Below are positions 1 to 11,739 of a DNA stretch of 64,000 nucleotides, one piece after another. The translations under genes and the position numbers were made by a program. The stretch covers positions 1-64,000 of the forward strand of contig NW_021833236.1 of assembly GCF_006345805.1 (NCBI RefSeq). The letters are read 5' to 3'. This DNA comes from Octopus sinensis (Eukaryota). How positions within the stretch are numbered: position 1 is the first letter of the stretch; every line of letters starts with the position of its first letter. The notes beneath the pieces are model-generated. The model did not search any database. It was not told where the DNA came from and saw nothing but the letters and a program-made list of their open reading frames with translations.

Positions 1-177
1 ACCACCACCTGTACTGGTGCCACAATCAACAATCTGATCGTCTATTTAAGACAGAATCTATCCGATAGGAGAGGCGATAAGCTATCACTTCTTGAGTGAT
101 GTAAAGCTGCGTTTGAGGCGCCAGCCTGCTTCTTTACACATTTCAGTCAATTAAAGACTGTAAAGGGACACTTAGAA

Positions 178-216
<39 letters not shown>

Positions 217-221
217 TACAC

Positions 222-276
<55 letters not shown>

Positions 277-523
277 TCTCTGTGTTTTCTTGTGTTCTTA
301 GAAAGAAACATGAAGAATGGAAGCTCCAACAGCTTTCTACTGTCTGTCATTTGAATCGGTTTAACAACACTGTTTGCTGTTGTCGATGTTGTTGCTGCTG
401 CTGCGACTACTGCTGCTGCTACTGTTGTTGTTGTTGTTGTTCCATGTAAAAGATGGAGATTTCTTTTGAAGGGAGGAACCTGTTATTTTTTTATTAATTA
501 TTTATCTGTTATCGTTTAGCCAT

Positions 524-735
524 CACTTGCTTCAGTCATTGGAGAGCGGCCATGCTGGGGCACCGCCTTGAATATTTTGTCGAAGGAATCGACCGCAGTA
601 CTTGCTTTTTATTAAGCTTAGTCTCTATTTTATTGGGTTATTTTGTCGAACTACTAAGTTACGGGGACTTAAACATACCAATACCGGTTGTCAAGGGGAC
701 AAACAGACACAAAGACACACGCACACATAGATACG
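524..735 (-). mobile_element. SINE type A, 3' half only
   Basis: Reverse complement matches the 3' half of the full copies at 43252 and 52505, including the ...GGTGCCCCAGCATGGCCGC...ATGACTGAAGCAAG tail. Confidence 0.8.
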
Positions 736-749
736 TACATACATATATT

Positions 750-1143
750 CTTTTCTTCTATTTTTTACTTGTTTTAGTCATTTTACTGCGACCATGCTAG
801 AGCATCACCTTTACTCGAATAAATCGTCTTCAGGACTTATTCTATATGTTTCTTTCGTCGAACCGATAAATTATGAGGATGTAAACACACCAACATCGGT
901 TGTCAAGCGATGGTGGAAAGACAAACACAGTCACAAATACATACATATATATATATAGAAAATATATATGTATATATATATTCGATGGGCTTCTTTCAGT
1001 TTCCGTTTACTAAATCCACTCACAAAGCCTTGGTCGGCCTGAGGCTATAGTAGAAGACACTTGCCCAGGATGCCACGCAGTGGGACTGAACCTGAAACTA
1101 CGTAGTTGGGAAGCAAGCGTCTTACCACACAGCCACTCTTGCG

Positions 1144-1146
<3 letters not shown>
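750..1146 (-). mobile_element. SINE type A, full length, diverged
   Basis: Pol III head (AGAGTGGCTGTGTGGTAAG, B box GGTTCAGTCCC), CORE-like GGCATCCTGGGCAAGTGTCTT box, internal (TA)n, GACTAAAACAAGTAAAA tail. Confidence 0.9.
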
Positions 1147-1190
<44 letters not shown>

Positions 1191-1206
1191 GATATATATA
1201 TATACT

Positions 1207-1239
<33 letters not shown>

Positions 1240-1256
1240 CACTATATCTATATATA

Positions 1257-1843
1257 TCGTGTTTCCTCGAAAATAAGCCCAATCCCCCAAAAATAAGACC
1301 TAGTCAAAAATACATCGGCTTGTTAACAAGACCATGTGATGTTTGCAAGGTAAGCCACCTACCACAGCTTGGCTAAAGTCTGCGCTAAGCCTACATGCAC
1401 GGAGGTAACTCTCTTGGCTTGACTCCCTTGTTCCCCAGGCAAGATGAGTGCAAAAATAAAGAGTTATTACGTGGAGTACAAGAAAGGAATTGTGGAAGAG
1501 TCACATAACAAGAATCTTACGGCTTTCTCTAAGGAGAAGATGTTGGGTTTCCGAACGGTCCGAAAATAGCGAGCAGAGTACGATAATCTCAGCAAACAGG
1601 TGGATGAGCCAAGTGCTAAGAAGTGCAAGTGTGGATCAAGTCGACGACCGATATTTTCGGAGCTGGAAGATATCACCTTGGGATGGATTTCTGACAGAAG
1701 AACAAAGGCTTTGGTTTTGTATGCAGGGCTGATATTCAAGAATTTGCTCTTGCAATGGCACCACAGTTGGATATACTCCCAGAGATATTCAAAGCGTCAC
1801 CACATTGGTTGGAGAACTTCCTTCGATGATATGAGTTCTCTCT

Positions 1844-1878
<35 letters not shown>

Positions 1879-2010
1879 AAAAAGATCGACAACACTGTTC
1901 AAAGTGGAGGATGCTGAAGTGATTCAACGTGCACTTGCATTCAAGTCCTTTGTTGATGGGATCGACCTTTCTAAATACAATCTCTCCCACATAATTGTTA
2001 TGGATGAGAC
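1257..2010 (+). mobile_element. pogo/Tc2-like DNA transposon, 5' part with transposase pseudogene (1444-2010)
   Basis: TA-preceded TIR-like TCGTGTTTCCTCGAAAATAAGCCC. Translation across a stop and frameshifts gives MSAKIKSY..., RPIFSELEDITLGWISDRR...FKASPHWLENFLR (CENP-B/Tc5 HTH), then LSL..RSTTL...IIVMDET (first catalytic D). Right end not resolved. Confidence 0.8.
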
Positions 2011-2224
2011 TGAAGATCAAAATAGTAGGGGTCACATCTATAGGACACACAACAACCCTTACTCTCGTAATTTAAGGTACTGATCCCATTTAAAGACAGA
2101 GGGACTTCTATACACATAAAGCACTTCTACTGCGCCACTTCAGAGTGCCGATTACTGGTATTCTGCAACATTCATAAACATCCTAGGGACCCCAGGCTCC
2201 AATAATGCAAGCATACATAGAAGA

Positions 2225-2445
2225 GTGTTTGTGACTGTGTGATAAGAAGCTTGCTACCTAACCACACGGTTCAGAGTTCAGTCCCACTGCGTCGCACCTT
2301 GGGGCAGTATCTTCTAATATAATCCCGGCCCCACCAAAGCTTAGTGTGTGGATTTGGTAGGCGGAAACTGAAAGAAACTCATCGTATATATAACTTTGTG
2401 TGTGTGGAGGCGCACTGACCCAGTGGTTAGGGCAGCGGACTCACA
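2225..2445 (+). mobile_element. SINE type A 5' half followed by SINE type C head fragment
   Basis: GTGACTGTGTGATAAGAAGC...GAGTTCAGTCCCACTGCGTCGCACCTTGGGGCAG; at ~2405 GGAGGCGCACTGACCCAGTGGTTAGGGCAGCGGACTC matches the head of 48288 and 58589. Confidence 0.8.
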
Positions 2446-3028
2446 GTAAAGGAAAAAAGCACCGCAACCGCAGACTGGTGTACAAATCACATCTATGAGA
2501 TATCGTTGCTACGAAACAGACACACTTTGTAGACAAACAATGGACAAACGCAGACATACGTATCACGGAAAGTGCTACACACTATCATCGTATTTCACAC
2601 TAGATTGCCACTCTAACATCTAGAAGATCAACAATTACTATCTCCCAGACCTTCTGTTGTTTTTTTCTTTTGTTTATTTTTTGTTTCTTCTCTGCCTCTC
2701 TTATCTACGTTTTATGAAACCTCTACGGGGTTTGTTTCCTAGAGAGAATTTGATGCCCAATCTAATAAGTGATGGTCATCTGAAGAAGCTGCTTTGTCTG
2801 ACAAACTGATTGATGGTCATCTGTCAGATCTGGTTAGCTACTCCACGAACTGATCGTCATTTGTGCACCAAGTTAACCCATTTGCACTTAGTTTTAGCGC
2901 CTCCGGAAACGTTCAGGATAAAATGACCCACTGTTGTATTTCCACTCCAAACCAGATGTATCTAACAATTTTGATGAGCTCAATAGCTTTCAAAAGGGAA
3001 AATTCAATTCCGGGCGTTGATCACGAGT

Positions 3029-3066
<38 letters not shown>

Positions 3067-3259
3067 AACACCTCAGATGTTTCTTTATTCCATGTCACAT
3101 GAGCCTATTTAAACTTAGGAACGGTGGGGTTTTTGCCAACGCCGATCCTAGTTCGTTTCCACAGACTCTGGTTGAACCAGGAAATAACTAAAAGTATGAT
3201 GTGTGGCGTACAATGTCACAACCTCATACTAATTCTTTGTATATTAAGATTTCTTGAGA

Positions 3260-3570
3260 AGGCTCATGGCTTAGTGGTTAGGCTATTCGGCTTAAGATCG
3301 TAAGGTCGTGAGATCGATTCCCGGTGGTGCATTCTGTCCTTGAGCAAGACACTTTACTTCACGTTGCTCCAGTCCACTCAGCTGGTAAAAATGAGTTGTA
3401 CCTGTACAGCCATGTCACGTTCTGTGTTACACTGAATCTCTCTGGAGTACTACGTTAGTGGACGCGAGTTTGTGAGGTGTTTAGTCACTTTCAAGTTAAT
3501 TTCACGAGCCGGCTGTTCCGTTGATCAGATCAGCTGCAACCCCCATCGTCGTAACCGATGGAATACCAGT
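3260..3570 (+). mobile_element. tRNA-headed SINE with CORE/V-like box and type C 3' end
   Basis: A box TGGCTTAGTGGTTAGG, B box GATCGATTCCC, GTCCTTGAGCAAGACACTTTAC...CTCCAGTCCACTCAGCTG, 3' GCTGTTCCGTTGATC...TCGTCGTAACCGATGG shared with type C. Confidence 0.8.
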
Positions 3571-3759
3571 TAAGGCCTCCCACAGACTCGTAAAAATCTG
3601 CATATATACATGTATGCACATATTTATAACCACATAATTTCATACATATACTTATGTAATTTACTCAAATTTAATCTATCTCTTAGTACAGTATGGAGTA
3701 GAGTCGCATCAAAAATATTAAGACGAACTTACTTGGGAAGGATGCGCGGCGTTCAACCA

Positions 3760-3792
<33 letters not shown>

Positions 3793-3817
3793 TATATATA
3801 TATATATATAAATAATA

Positions 3818-3855
<38 letters not shown>

Positions 3856-3856
3856 C

Positions 3857-5470
3857 CTACTAGCATAGATGAAGTGGACACACAAACTCAGCTGCTGGTC
3901 CAGACGGTTTCCTCCCAGCCATCTCCTCAAAGCGTGTAAGCATGCCCTGGCAAAACCCCTCAAGATTCTCTTCCAGAGCTTTCTTGCGAATGGCAAACTG
4001 CCAACAAGCTGAGGGAGGGAAATTTCCCCAATACATAAAGGGGGAAGTAAGAGCAGATGCCAAAAACTATAGGCCTATCTCTCTGACTTCACACATCAGC
4101 AAAGTCAGGGAACGGATAGTCAAAAAGAAACTTGAGAAAAATAACTTGCCGAGTGATACCCAGCATGGTTTTCGACCAGGTAGGGGCTGCCTGACTCAGC
4201 TCTTACAGCATTATAACTGGGTGTTGAGGCAGTTAATCAACAAATCAAATATGTACGTAATCTACCATGGTATGATATGCCTCAAACTACGTGACCTCGG
4301 CATAGCTGGAAAACTTGGAGTGTGGTTGCATGACTTCCTGAAAGATAGGAGTCAGGCAGTAGTGGTTAATGGAGCCACCTCTATGAACACACAAATAGTG
4401 AGCGGTGTTCCACAGAGCACTGTCTTGGGACCACTGCTTTTTATAGTGGCCCTCTCAGATATGCCCTCAAATGCCCGTTAGCCACTCTGGCCAGCTATGC
4501 AGACGATACGAAAGTCTCGCAGAAAATACAGAACCCCAGTGATGTTGCACGCCTGCAGCAAGAGTTGGACTCAATCTACAGATGGGCTGAGGATAATAAT
4601 ATGCAGTTTAATGCTGAAAAATTCCAGGCCCTGCGCTACCAGCATCCAAAACTGAATATTAAACTTACAGGATACACCGGTCCACAGGGAATTTCAATCC
4701 CAGAGCCTAAGTCTGTGAGGGACCTGGGTATTGACATGAGTGATAATACCTCTTTCCAAGTGCACATTACCAGGATGGCGACAAAGTGCAGACGACTGGC
4801 TGGGTGGATCCTAAGAACATTCAGAACCGGAGATAAGGAAACCATGATGGTCCTCTGGCGGACATTCGTCCTCAGTCGCTTGGATTACTGCTCACAGCTA
4901 TGGTCACCCACCAGTGTAAAATTAACAGCAGACCTTGAAGCAATCCAGAGAAGATTCACAAAGAAGATCGTCTCTTTGCAACAGTTCAGCTACTGGGAAA
5001 GGTTGAAACAGCTAAGACTCTACTCCCTGGAGAGACGGGAGAGGTATGCAGTAATATATGTCTGGAAGATCCTGGAAGGAATTGTGCCAAATTTTGGCAT
5101 TGTAAGCTACACCAATGCTAGAACGGGAAGACACTGCATAGTGCCAAAGTCCCAGCAATGCCATCACGCTTCAGGACCAGCTTCTGCAACAGCCTGGGTT
5201 TCAAGGCCCACAGCTTTTTTAATATTCTCCCTAAGAGTCTGAGGAACTTGCACAAGTAGATGTAGCGGTTTTTAAATCAAAGCTGGACATCTTCCTTCAA
5301 GTGTCCCAGATGAACCTACCTCACGGCAAGAGGTGGCAAATGAGAGTAGCTATATCAAACTCCATTCTTCACCAAGTGCCACATATTAGACGAGGTTCGT
5401 CGTAATAACAGTTGTAGCACAAAACGACGGTGCATCAGCATGGCCGCAGCTCTGAGCTGAAACTAGAAAA
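3857..5470 (+). mobile_element. CR1/L2-group non-LTR retrotransposon, 5'-truncated, reverse transcriptase pseudogene
   Basis: Frameshifted motifs: SAAGPDG, NYRPISLTSHISK, QHGFRPGR, SGVPQSTVLGPLLF, SYADDTK (4494-4512), MQFNAEKF, RDLGI, SRLDYCSQLWSP, LYSLERRER. Intact 3' end with a small hairpin before an A-rich tail. Confidence 0.93.
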
Positions 5471-5474
5471 ACAA

Positions 5475-5506
<32 letters not shown>

Positions 5507-5590
5507 ATATATATATTATATATTATATATATATTATATTATATATATATATTATAGATATATATATATATCATATATATATATATATCT

Positions 5591-5621
<31 letters not shown>

Positions 5622-5904
5622 ATATATATTGTATCATTTATCTACTTTTATATACATACATACATACTACACCCATAAACATACATACATACATACATAC
5701 ATACATCATACATACATACTACATGCATGCATAGTCTTAGGTGTACAGAACGTCACCAACAGTAAACAACATGAAATACGAAAAAAATGAATTCAATGGG
5801 CAAACAACAAGAGAAACAAAGGGAAAACAGGACAAGTAACATAAAGAACGACCCTTCATCAGTTGTCGGCTGTCTTCACACACACACACACACACCACAC
5901 ACAC

Positions 5905-5937
<33 letters not shown>

Positions 5938-6120
5938 TATTACATATAATCATATATATATGTGTGTGCTTGTCTGTGTGTGTCTCTGTGTGCGTTCTAC
6001 GAATGTGTTCCACTGATTATGGTGTTCGGCTCGGAATCATAATGTTCTGGGTTCAGTTCTTGAACCAGTCGAGTACCGGAGCAGTTCCTTTCCTCTGCTG
6101 TAGTCATACCTAGAATTTAC

Positions 6121-6174
6121 CATTCGGTAAAAGAGTAGAGGGTTCAGAATAGCGTCTGTTTCTCTTCGCAATTT
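6121..6174 (-). CDS. Candidate internal exon 3 of an unidentified host gene (EIAKRNRRYSEPSTLLPN)
   Basis: Acceptor TCTTTCGCTGCCTATAATAG, donor G|GTAAAT, 54 nt open in phase 1-1, in frame with the candidates at 10377 and 11283. Confidence 0.4.
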
Positions 6175-6547
6175 CTATTATAGGCAGCGAAAGACTTGCC
6201 AACAACATGGCACCTCTTACCGATCGATATTTATTTGCAGACGGCAGCTGGATCCTTATTGCCGCGTGTAAACTCGCAAAACCTTCAGCTCTCTGCAAAA
6301 TCTATTCTGCTCTATTATAAATTAAGAAATCTTTCATATAATTATTTACGCCATCATTTTAATATTTATTTACTGTGTGTGTGCGTGTGTTTGTGTGTTT
6401 GCGTGTGTATGTGTGAGTGTGTGTGTAGATGAGCGTATGTGTGTGTGTGAGTGTGTGTGTGAGAATGTGCGTGTGTATGTGTAAATGTATGTGTATGTGT
6501 GTGCTTCTAAGTCTACGGCTTATACGCAATCTATAACTATGTATACA

Positions 6548-6849
6548 TATATCACGCGATCAAACGATCGACCGAATTATTGGATGTAATACATCGCTGG
6601 TACAATGCGCTTTCCGTCATTTTAGCTTTCCAATGACACCATTCGGCGGGCTTGGAGAGGGAGCCAACATTGCCCCCGATCGGAAGGTTAGTCCGCCACA
6701 TTGTGACTCATTTACAGCCGAGTGCACTGGAGCAACAAGGAACGAAGTGCTTCGCTCAAAAGAACAACACCGCAAGTTCGGTTCGGGAATCCAACTCGCA
6801 ATTCAGCGATCGGGAGTGCCGCACCCGAACCACTGAGCCACGCGCCACA
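6548..6849 (-). mobile_element. tRNA-headed SINE type D with CORE/V-like box
   Basis: Minus strand GTGGCGCGTGGCTCAGTGGTTCGG...GAGTTGGATTCCC...TTGAGCGAAGCACTT...GCTCCAGTGCACTCGGCTGTAAATGAGT. Confidence 0.75.
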
Positions 6850-6977
6850 AAATATAGACATATACAGAGTTGCGTTAATGTTCAATTCTTCATGGAAATA
6901 TTCCTTCATTTTCAACAATGACAAAGAACTTCACTTACACACTCAGTTCAACTAAAACTTCTCATAAACATATAAAA

Positions 6978-7009
<32 letters not shown>

Positions 7010-7069
7010 GTGTGTGTGTGTATATAAATATATATAACATATATACATTATATGTATATATAGATAATG

Positions 7070-7103
<34 letters not shown>

Positions 7104-7184
7104 AATCTATGATATATATGTATATATATATAATACATATGTATATATACATTATATATTCAATATGTATATAACTATACATAT

Positions 7185-7217
<33 letters not shown>

Positions 7218-7252
7218 GTTATAATGTATGTGTATATATATATATATATATG

Positions 7253-7288
<36 letters not shown>

Positions 7289-8665
7289 TTGTATGTATGT
7301 ATGAATGTATTTATGTATGTATGTATGTATAAATTATGTATATATATATATATATCCTAAAATCGAACTAAAACAAAACAGTACCAAAAGTAAACATCGG
7401 TGCGACAAGAACAACTCGGAGACAACGATGAACATAAATCTTCTCTCTGAAGTTACTATTTACCATTCTATTAGAACGTAGTTCCAAAAATGGTCAATAG
7501 ATTCCTGACTTGGTGAAGCTTTTATGATTCACCCCCCACCTCACCTCCCTTTCTCTTTCATTCTCTTTCTTACAGTCACACAACTCTTTCTCCCTCTGTT
7601 TGTCTGCCCCTCCTCTCTCTCTCTCTCTCACTCTCTCTCTCTCTCTCTCTCTGTAATTCTCTCTCTGCCTTCTCCCTCGGTTACTTTTTTCCCCTCTTCG
7701 TCTCTATTTTGTGAAGCACCACGCCACTATCACAAGAACACCGCATTCCCAATCGCTGTTTTAGTGTAACAAAAGGCCTTTGTTAGTAAGTTATTTACAT
7801 CATTTTGTCAGTTTTATGTAGTCCAATGGCTTTTTGCTTAGTAAAGCTTTCTTCACGGCCTGAAATCATGGAACTCTATGCGGCAGAGAAGACCAAACCA
7901 AACCATGTCGCCCATCAAATTGAAGATAAGCCAAAAATGTCATGTCCGTATTCACTTCCAGCTGGAGATAAAAGCAATTTTCGTTGAAATGTCTTCTGAG
8001 AGACCAAACCGATTCCTGTATTATGGAAAATCTATTTGATTGTATATAAACACTCACCTATGGCTCTATGTAAAGACGTATTTATGCTTATTTACGTATG
8101 CATGAATGCGTATATACCATATACATACATACATATATATACATATATATATGTATATAAATATATATATATGTATATATATACGGTGTATATGTTTTTA
8201 TATATCAATGTGCGCATGTATGTATAGCATATGTTTATGTTTGCGTATATGTATAGTGGTGAATTTTCCATCATGGCATCACAACGTCGACATGACGAAC
8301 ATCCCACTCGCAACTACGAAATGAAGACAACCAAATGTGTGTGTGTGTGAGTGTGTGAGTGTGTGTGTGCGTGTGCCTTTCACCTTCCAAGAGTTAATGT
8401 GCTAATGTTTTTGCTTTGGAGATACGTTTGATATTATGCGCGCATATACACGCAAGCACACGCAGATGTATACATATAGGTGTAGGTGTGTTTATATATT
8501 GTTATGTATATGTATGTATATATACTATATATATATATATATATATATACATAATACATACATGCGTACATAATGCAAACAGATAATAAAGTTAGTATAC
8601 AAGTTCACATATGCATACATATATGTGTACACGCGCGTATATATATATATACATACATATATATA

Positions 8666-8712
<47 letters not shown>

Positions 8713-8751
8713 ATATATATAAATATATAATATCATGTATATATATGCATG

Positions 8752-8787
<36 letters not shown>

Positions 8788-8888
8788 ATCGCTTAATATT
8801 TCTAATCAAACAATCGATAAACGTGGTCTTGGATGACATATTTCCATACTCCCTGTCCGAACCTCCGCCCAACCCTCTCCTCTCTCCC

Positions 8889-8940
<52 letters not shown>

Positions 8941-9268
8941 CGCTGTCTTTTCCATTCTATTCAACAAGTTGCCTATATCCACATCAAGAGACCAAATAAC
9001 GCCAAACTCTCGTCTAACTTACCAAACTCTCATTCAGACCAATTCCGACAAGCTTTGAATATTTTTTTTCTTTCCTCATTTATATCTTTATTATATTTGT
9101 TATTTATTTATTTACTGCTATCTGGAATTACCACAAAGATGAGGGAATGGCGCAGGTTTTAGGTTTTATAGCGTTTTGGTTTTTGAATTCGGCGTTTGTG
9201 TATTTCTTTTTCTGCGTTTTGTTCATTTCTGTTACATGTATGTGTAAGCATAACATAGTATACATTAA

Positions 9269-9312
<44 letters not shown>

Positions 9313-10376
9313 TAATATATATATTATATACACATACATACACATATATCCATGCGTAATATGCAAATATACATATGCATATATCAATATACGTATATAT
9401 ATGTATGCATATATATATATATTACATATATGTGTGTATATAAACATATAAGCATACCTGTGAGTGTGTGTGTATATGTGTGTGCTCGTGTGTATTTGTG
9501 AGTGTATGTGTTGGTGATTGTGTATGTGTGTGTATTTGTCTACTACGCGATGCTCCCAACAAGGGCGCCATTTTGATGATCTGGAAAACGTCAAAGTAGA
9601 TCTGTTTTGATGTTTATGAAGTTACCTATGGCTAACTCAGCTACAAACACATTCAATTCAGTGCGAACGTTATTACATTTATTTTGATAGATTCTCTCTT
9701 TTCTCTTGCCTTCCATAAACTATGTCATTAAAGCACGACAAAGCCCAAGCTAAATAGCCTCGCCTGTTTTTGTTAGCTTTATTTTCCTTTCGCTATTTCC
9801 TGCAAAATATTGCTTAATGTTGGATTGTGTAGGATAATATTTTAACAATAATTGCAGAAGGGAGAATAACGTACGGATGAAATATATGTAAAATTTAAAA
9901 TATGTATCAACTCCTAGTACAAATTCCGTGTAAAATAAAGACAATGTTATGAGCTGTGTATGTGTGTGTGTGTGGCGGTGGAGTGGGAGATCAAAGGTGT
10001 GTTTTATAAACCTTTTTTTCTCGGGGATTATTCTGTGTTTCATTTTATGTAAATATCTCGGCTTTCTTTCTATCCAACAAATCCTACACCGTTAGGCATC
10101 TAAGCATGACTCTATCTATATACTATCTATCTAATTGCCCACTTCTTTTACCCTTTCTCTATTTAGCTATCTTGTTGTGCATATATCTGGAAACTCCTGT
10201 ATACCTCACAGTATATATACCTGCATACACACATACGCATATGTCTGTTTGTACGTGTGTTCTCTTTGCTATTGTATTAGGTGTGTGTTTTATGTTTACC
10301 GAAATGGTTAAGTGTAGTGAATGAGTCTGTTAACCAGTTTTATGTTGAGATGTTCTTATTCGGTAACATGACTTAC

Positions 10377-10414
10377 CGTTGTTATAAGAAGAGAATGGAA
10401 GCGAGTGACGTTTC
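10377..10414 (-). CDS. Candidate 38-nt exon 2 (R-KRHSLPFSSYNN)
   Basis: Strong acceptor (T-rich tract ending CAATGATTGCAG) and consensus donor ACG|GTAAGT; open in phase 2-1. Confidence 0.45.
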
Positions 10415-10541
10415 CTGCAATCATTGAAAAAAAAAAAGAAAAACAAATAAATAACCAGTGGGACATAACGTAGCCAACATCGGTGGTTCGAGTTAGGCAA
10501 GTCTTATTTATTTGTAAATAAATTTTATTCTATTAAATTAG

Positions 10542-10960
10542 AAGGGCGGTGAGCTGGCGGAATCGTTAGCATGCCGGGCGAAATGTTTTGCGGTATTTCG
10601 TCTGCCACTACGTTCTGAGTTCAAATTCCGCCGAGGTCGACTTTGCCTTTCTTCCTTCCGGGGTCGATAAATTAAGTACCAGTTACGCACTGCGGTCGAT
10701 ATAATCGACTTAATCCCTTTGTCTGTCCTTCTTTGTCCTCTCTGTGTTTAGCCCCTTGTGGGTAGTAAAGAAATAGGTATTTTGTCTGCCGCTACGTTCT
10801 GAGTTCAAATTCCGCCGAGGTCGACTTTACCTTTCATCCTTTCGGGGTCGATAAATTAAGTACCAGTTACGCACTGGGGTCGATATAATCGACCTAATCC
10901 GTTTGTCTGACCTTGTTTGTCCCCTCTGTGTTTAGCTCCTTGTGGATAGTAAACAAATGT
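10542..10960 (+). mobile_element. SINE type B with a tandemly repeated ~185-bp body (2 units)
   Basis: Head GGCGGTGAGCTGGCGGAATCGTTAGC, B box GAGTTCAAATTCC. The unit GGTATTTCGTCTGCC...GTAGTAAAGAAATA occurs at ~10592 and again at ~10776. Confidence 0.92.
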
Positions 10961-11282
10961 AAATTAGAATATCATTAACAAGTAATGAATTAGCTGACTG
11001 CTTTTCTTGCCTGCCCTAGCTGCGTTTTACCATAGGAGTTAAGTTCCATTATACTTTTACCCACCCACAAAACCCACTCGTATTTTCTAGCATTGTCGTG
11101 CTATCCTTGAGCTCTGCATCCCTACAATTTCTCATCTCGCAGAACTCCTTCTCACTGCCACGCTTCCACTTTATCCTGGCTTTAGCAATTTATTTGTTTG
11201 TCACCTTCAGACACAAACCTTCACTCGTTTCACTGATTCCAAGATAGTTGCTCCACCGATGACTACGCCGGCGCCACCTTAC

Positions 11283-11305
11283 CTTAATCGCGAGTAACTC
11301 AACAT
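11283..11305 (-). CDS. Candidate first coding exon (MLSYSRL-R)
   Basis: ATG with A at -3, in-frame TGA two codons upstream, donor AAG|GTAAGG; phase 2 matches exon 10377-10414. Confidence 0.35.
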
Positions 11306-11497
11306 TCTTCATTTCCTTCATCAGTTTTTTTTTTTCTGTTCTGTCTTACGATTCACGTCTGCCATCTCTTAAAGGGTCTGTCGACCACTTAGATATGTTT
11401 GCTTCAATAACCCCCACCCGTCTGCCAACCTACCCGTTCATCTTTACTTAGCATCTTTACTTACTACACACACACACACAACACACATATATATAAG

Positions 11498-11528
<31 letters not shown>

Positions 11529-11696
11529 TCATATATATATATTAAATCATATACATACATATATCTATGTGTTATATATATGATATAATATATATATATA
11601 TATATATAATATATATATATAATATATATAATACATATATATCTACTATACATATATACATATTATAAATATATACATATATATATATAATATATA

Positions 11697-11739
<43 letters not shown>

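Noticed and set aside
147-165. Terminal exon (VFN*) completing the three-exon chain
   Set aside because: The acceptor is plausible, but it would give only a ~41-aa product and nothing else supports it.
2030-2060. Right TIR of the pogo/Tc2 element
   Set aside because: Too degenerate to align with the left TIR.
5856-5862. CUGAUGA motifs on the minus strand here and at 11318-11324, and on the plus strand near 24297 and 29104, as hammerheads
   Set aside because: No paired stem II followed by GAAA at a suitable distance.
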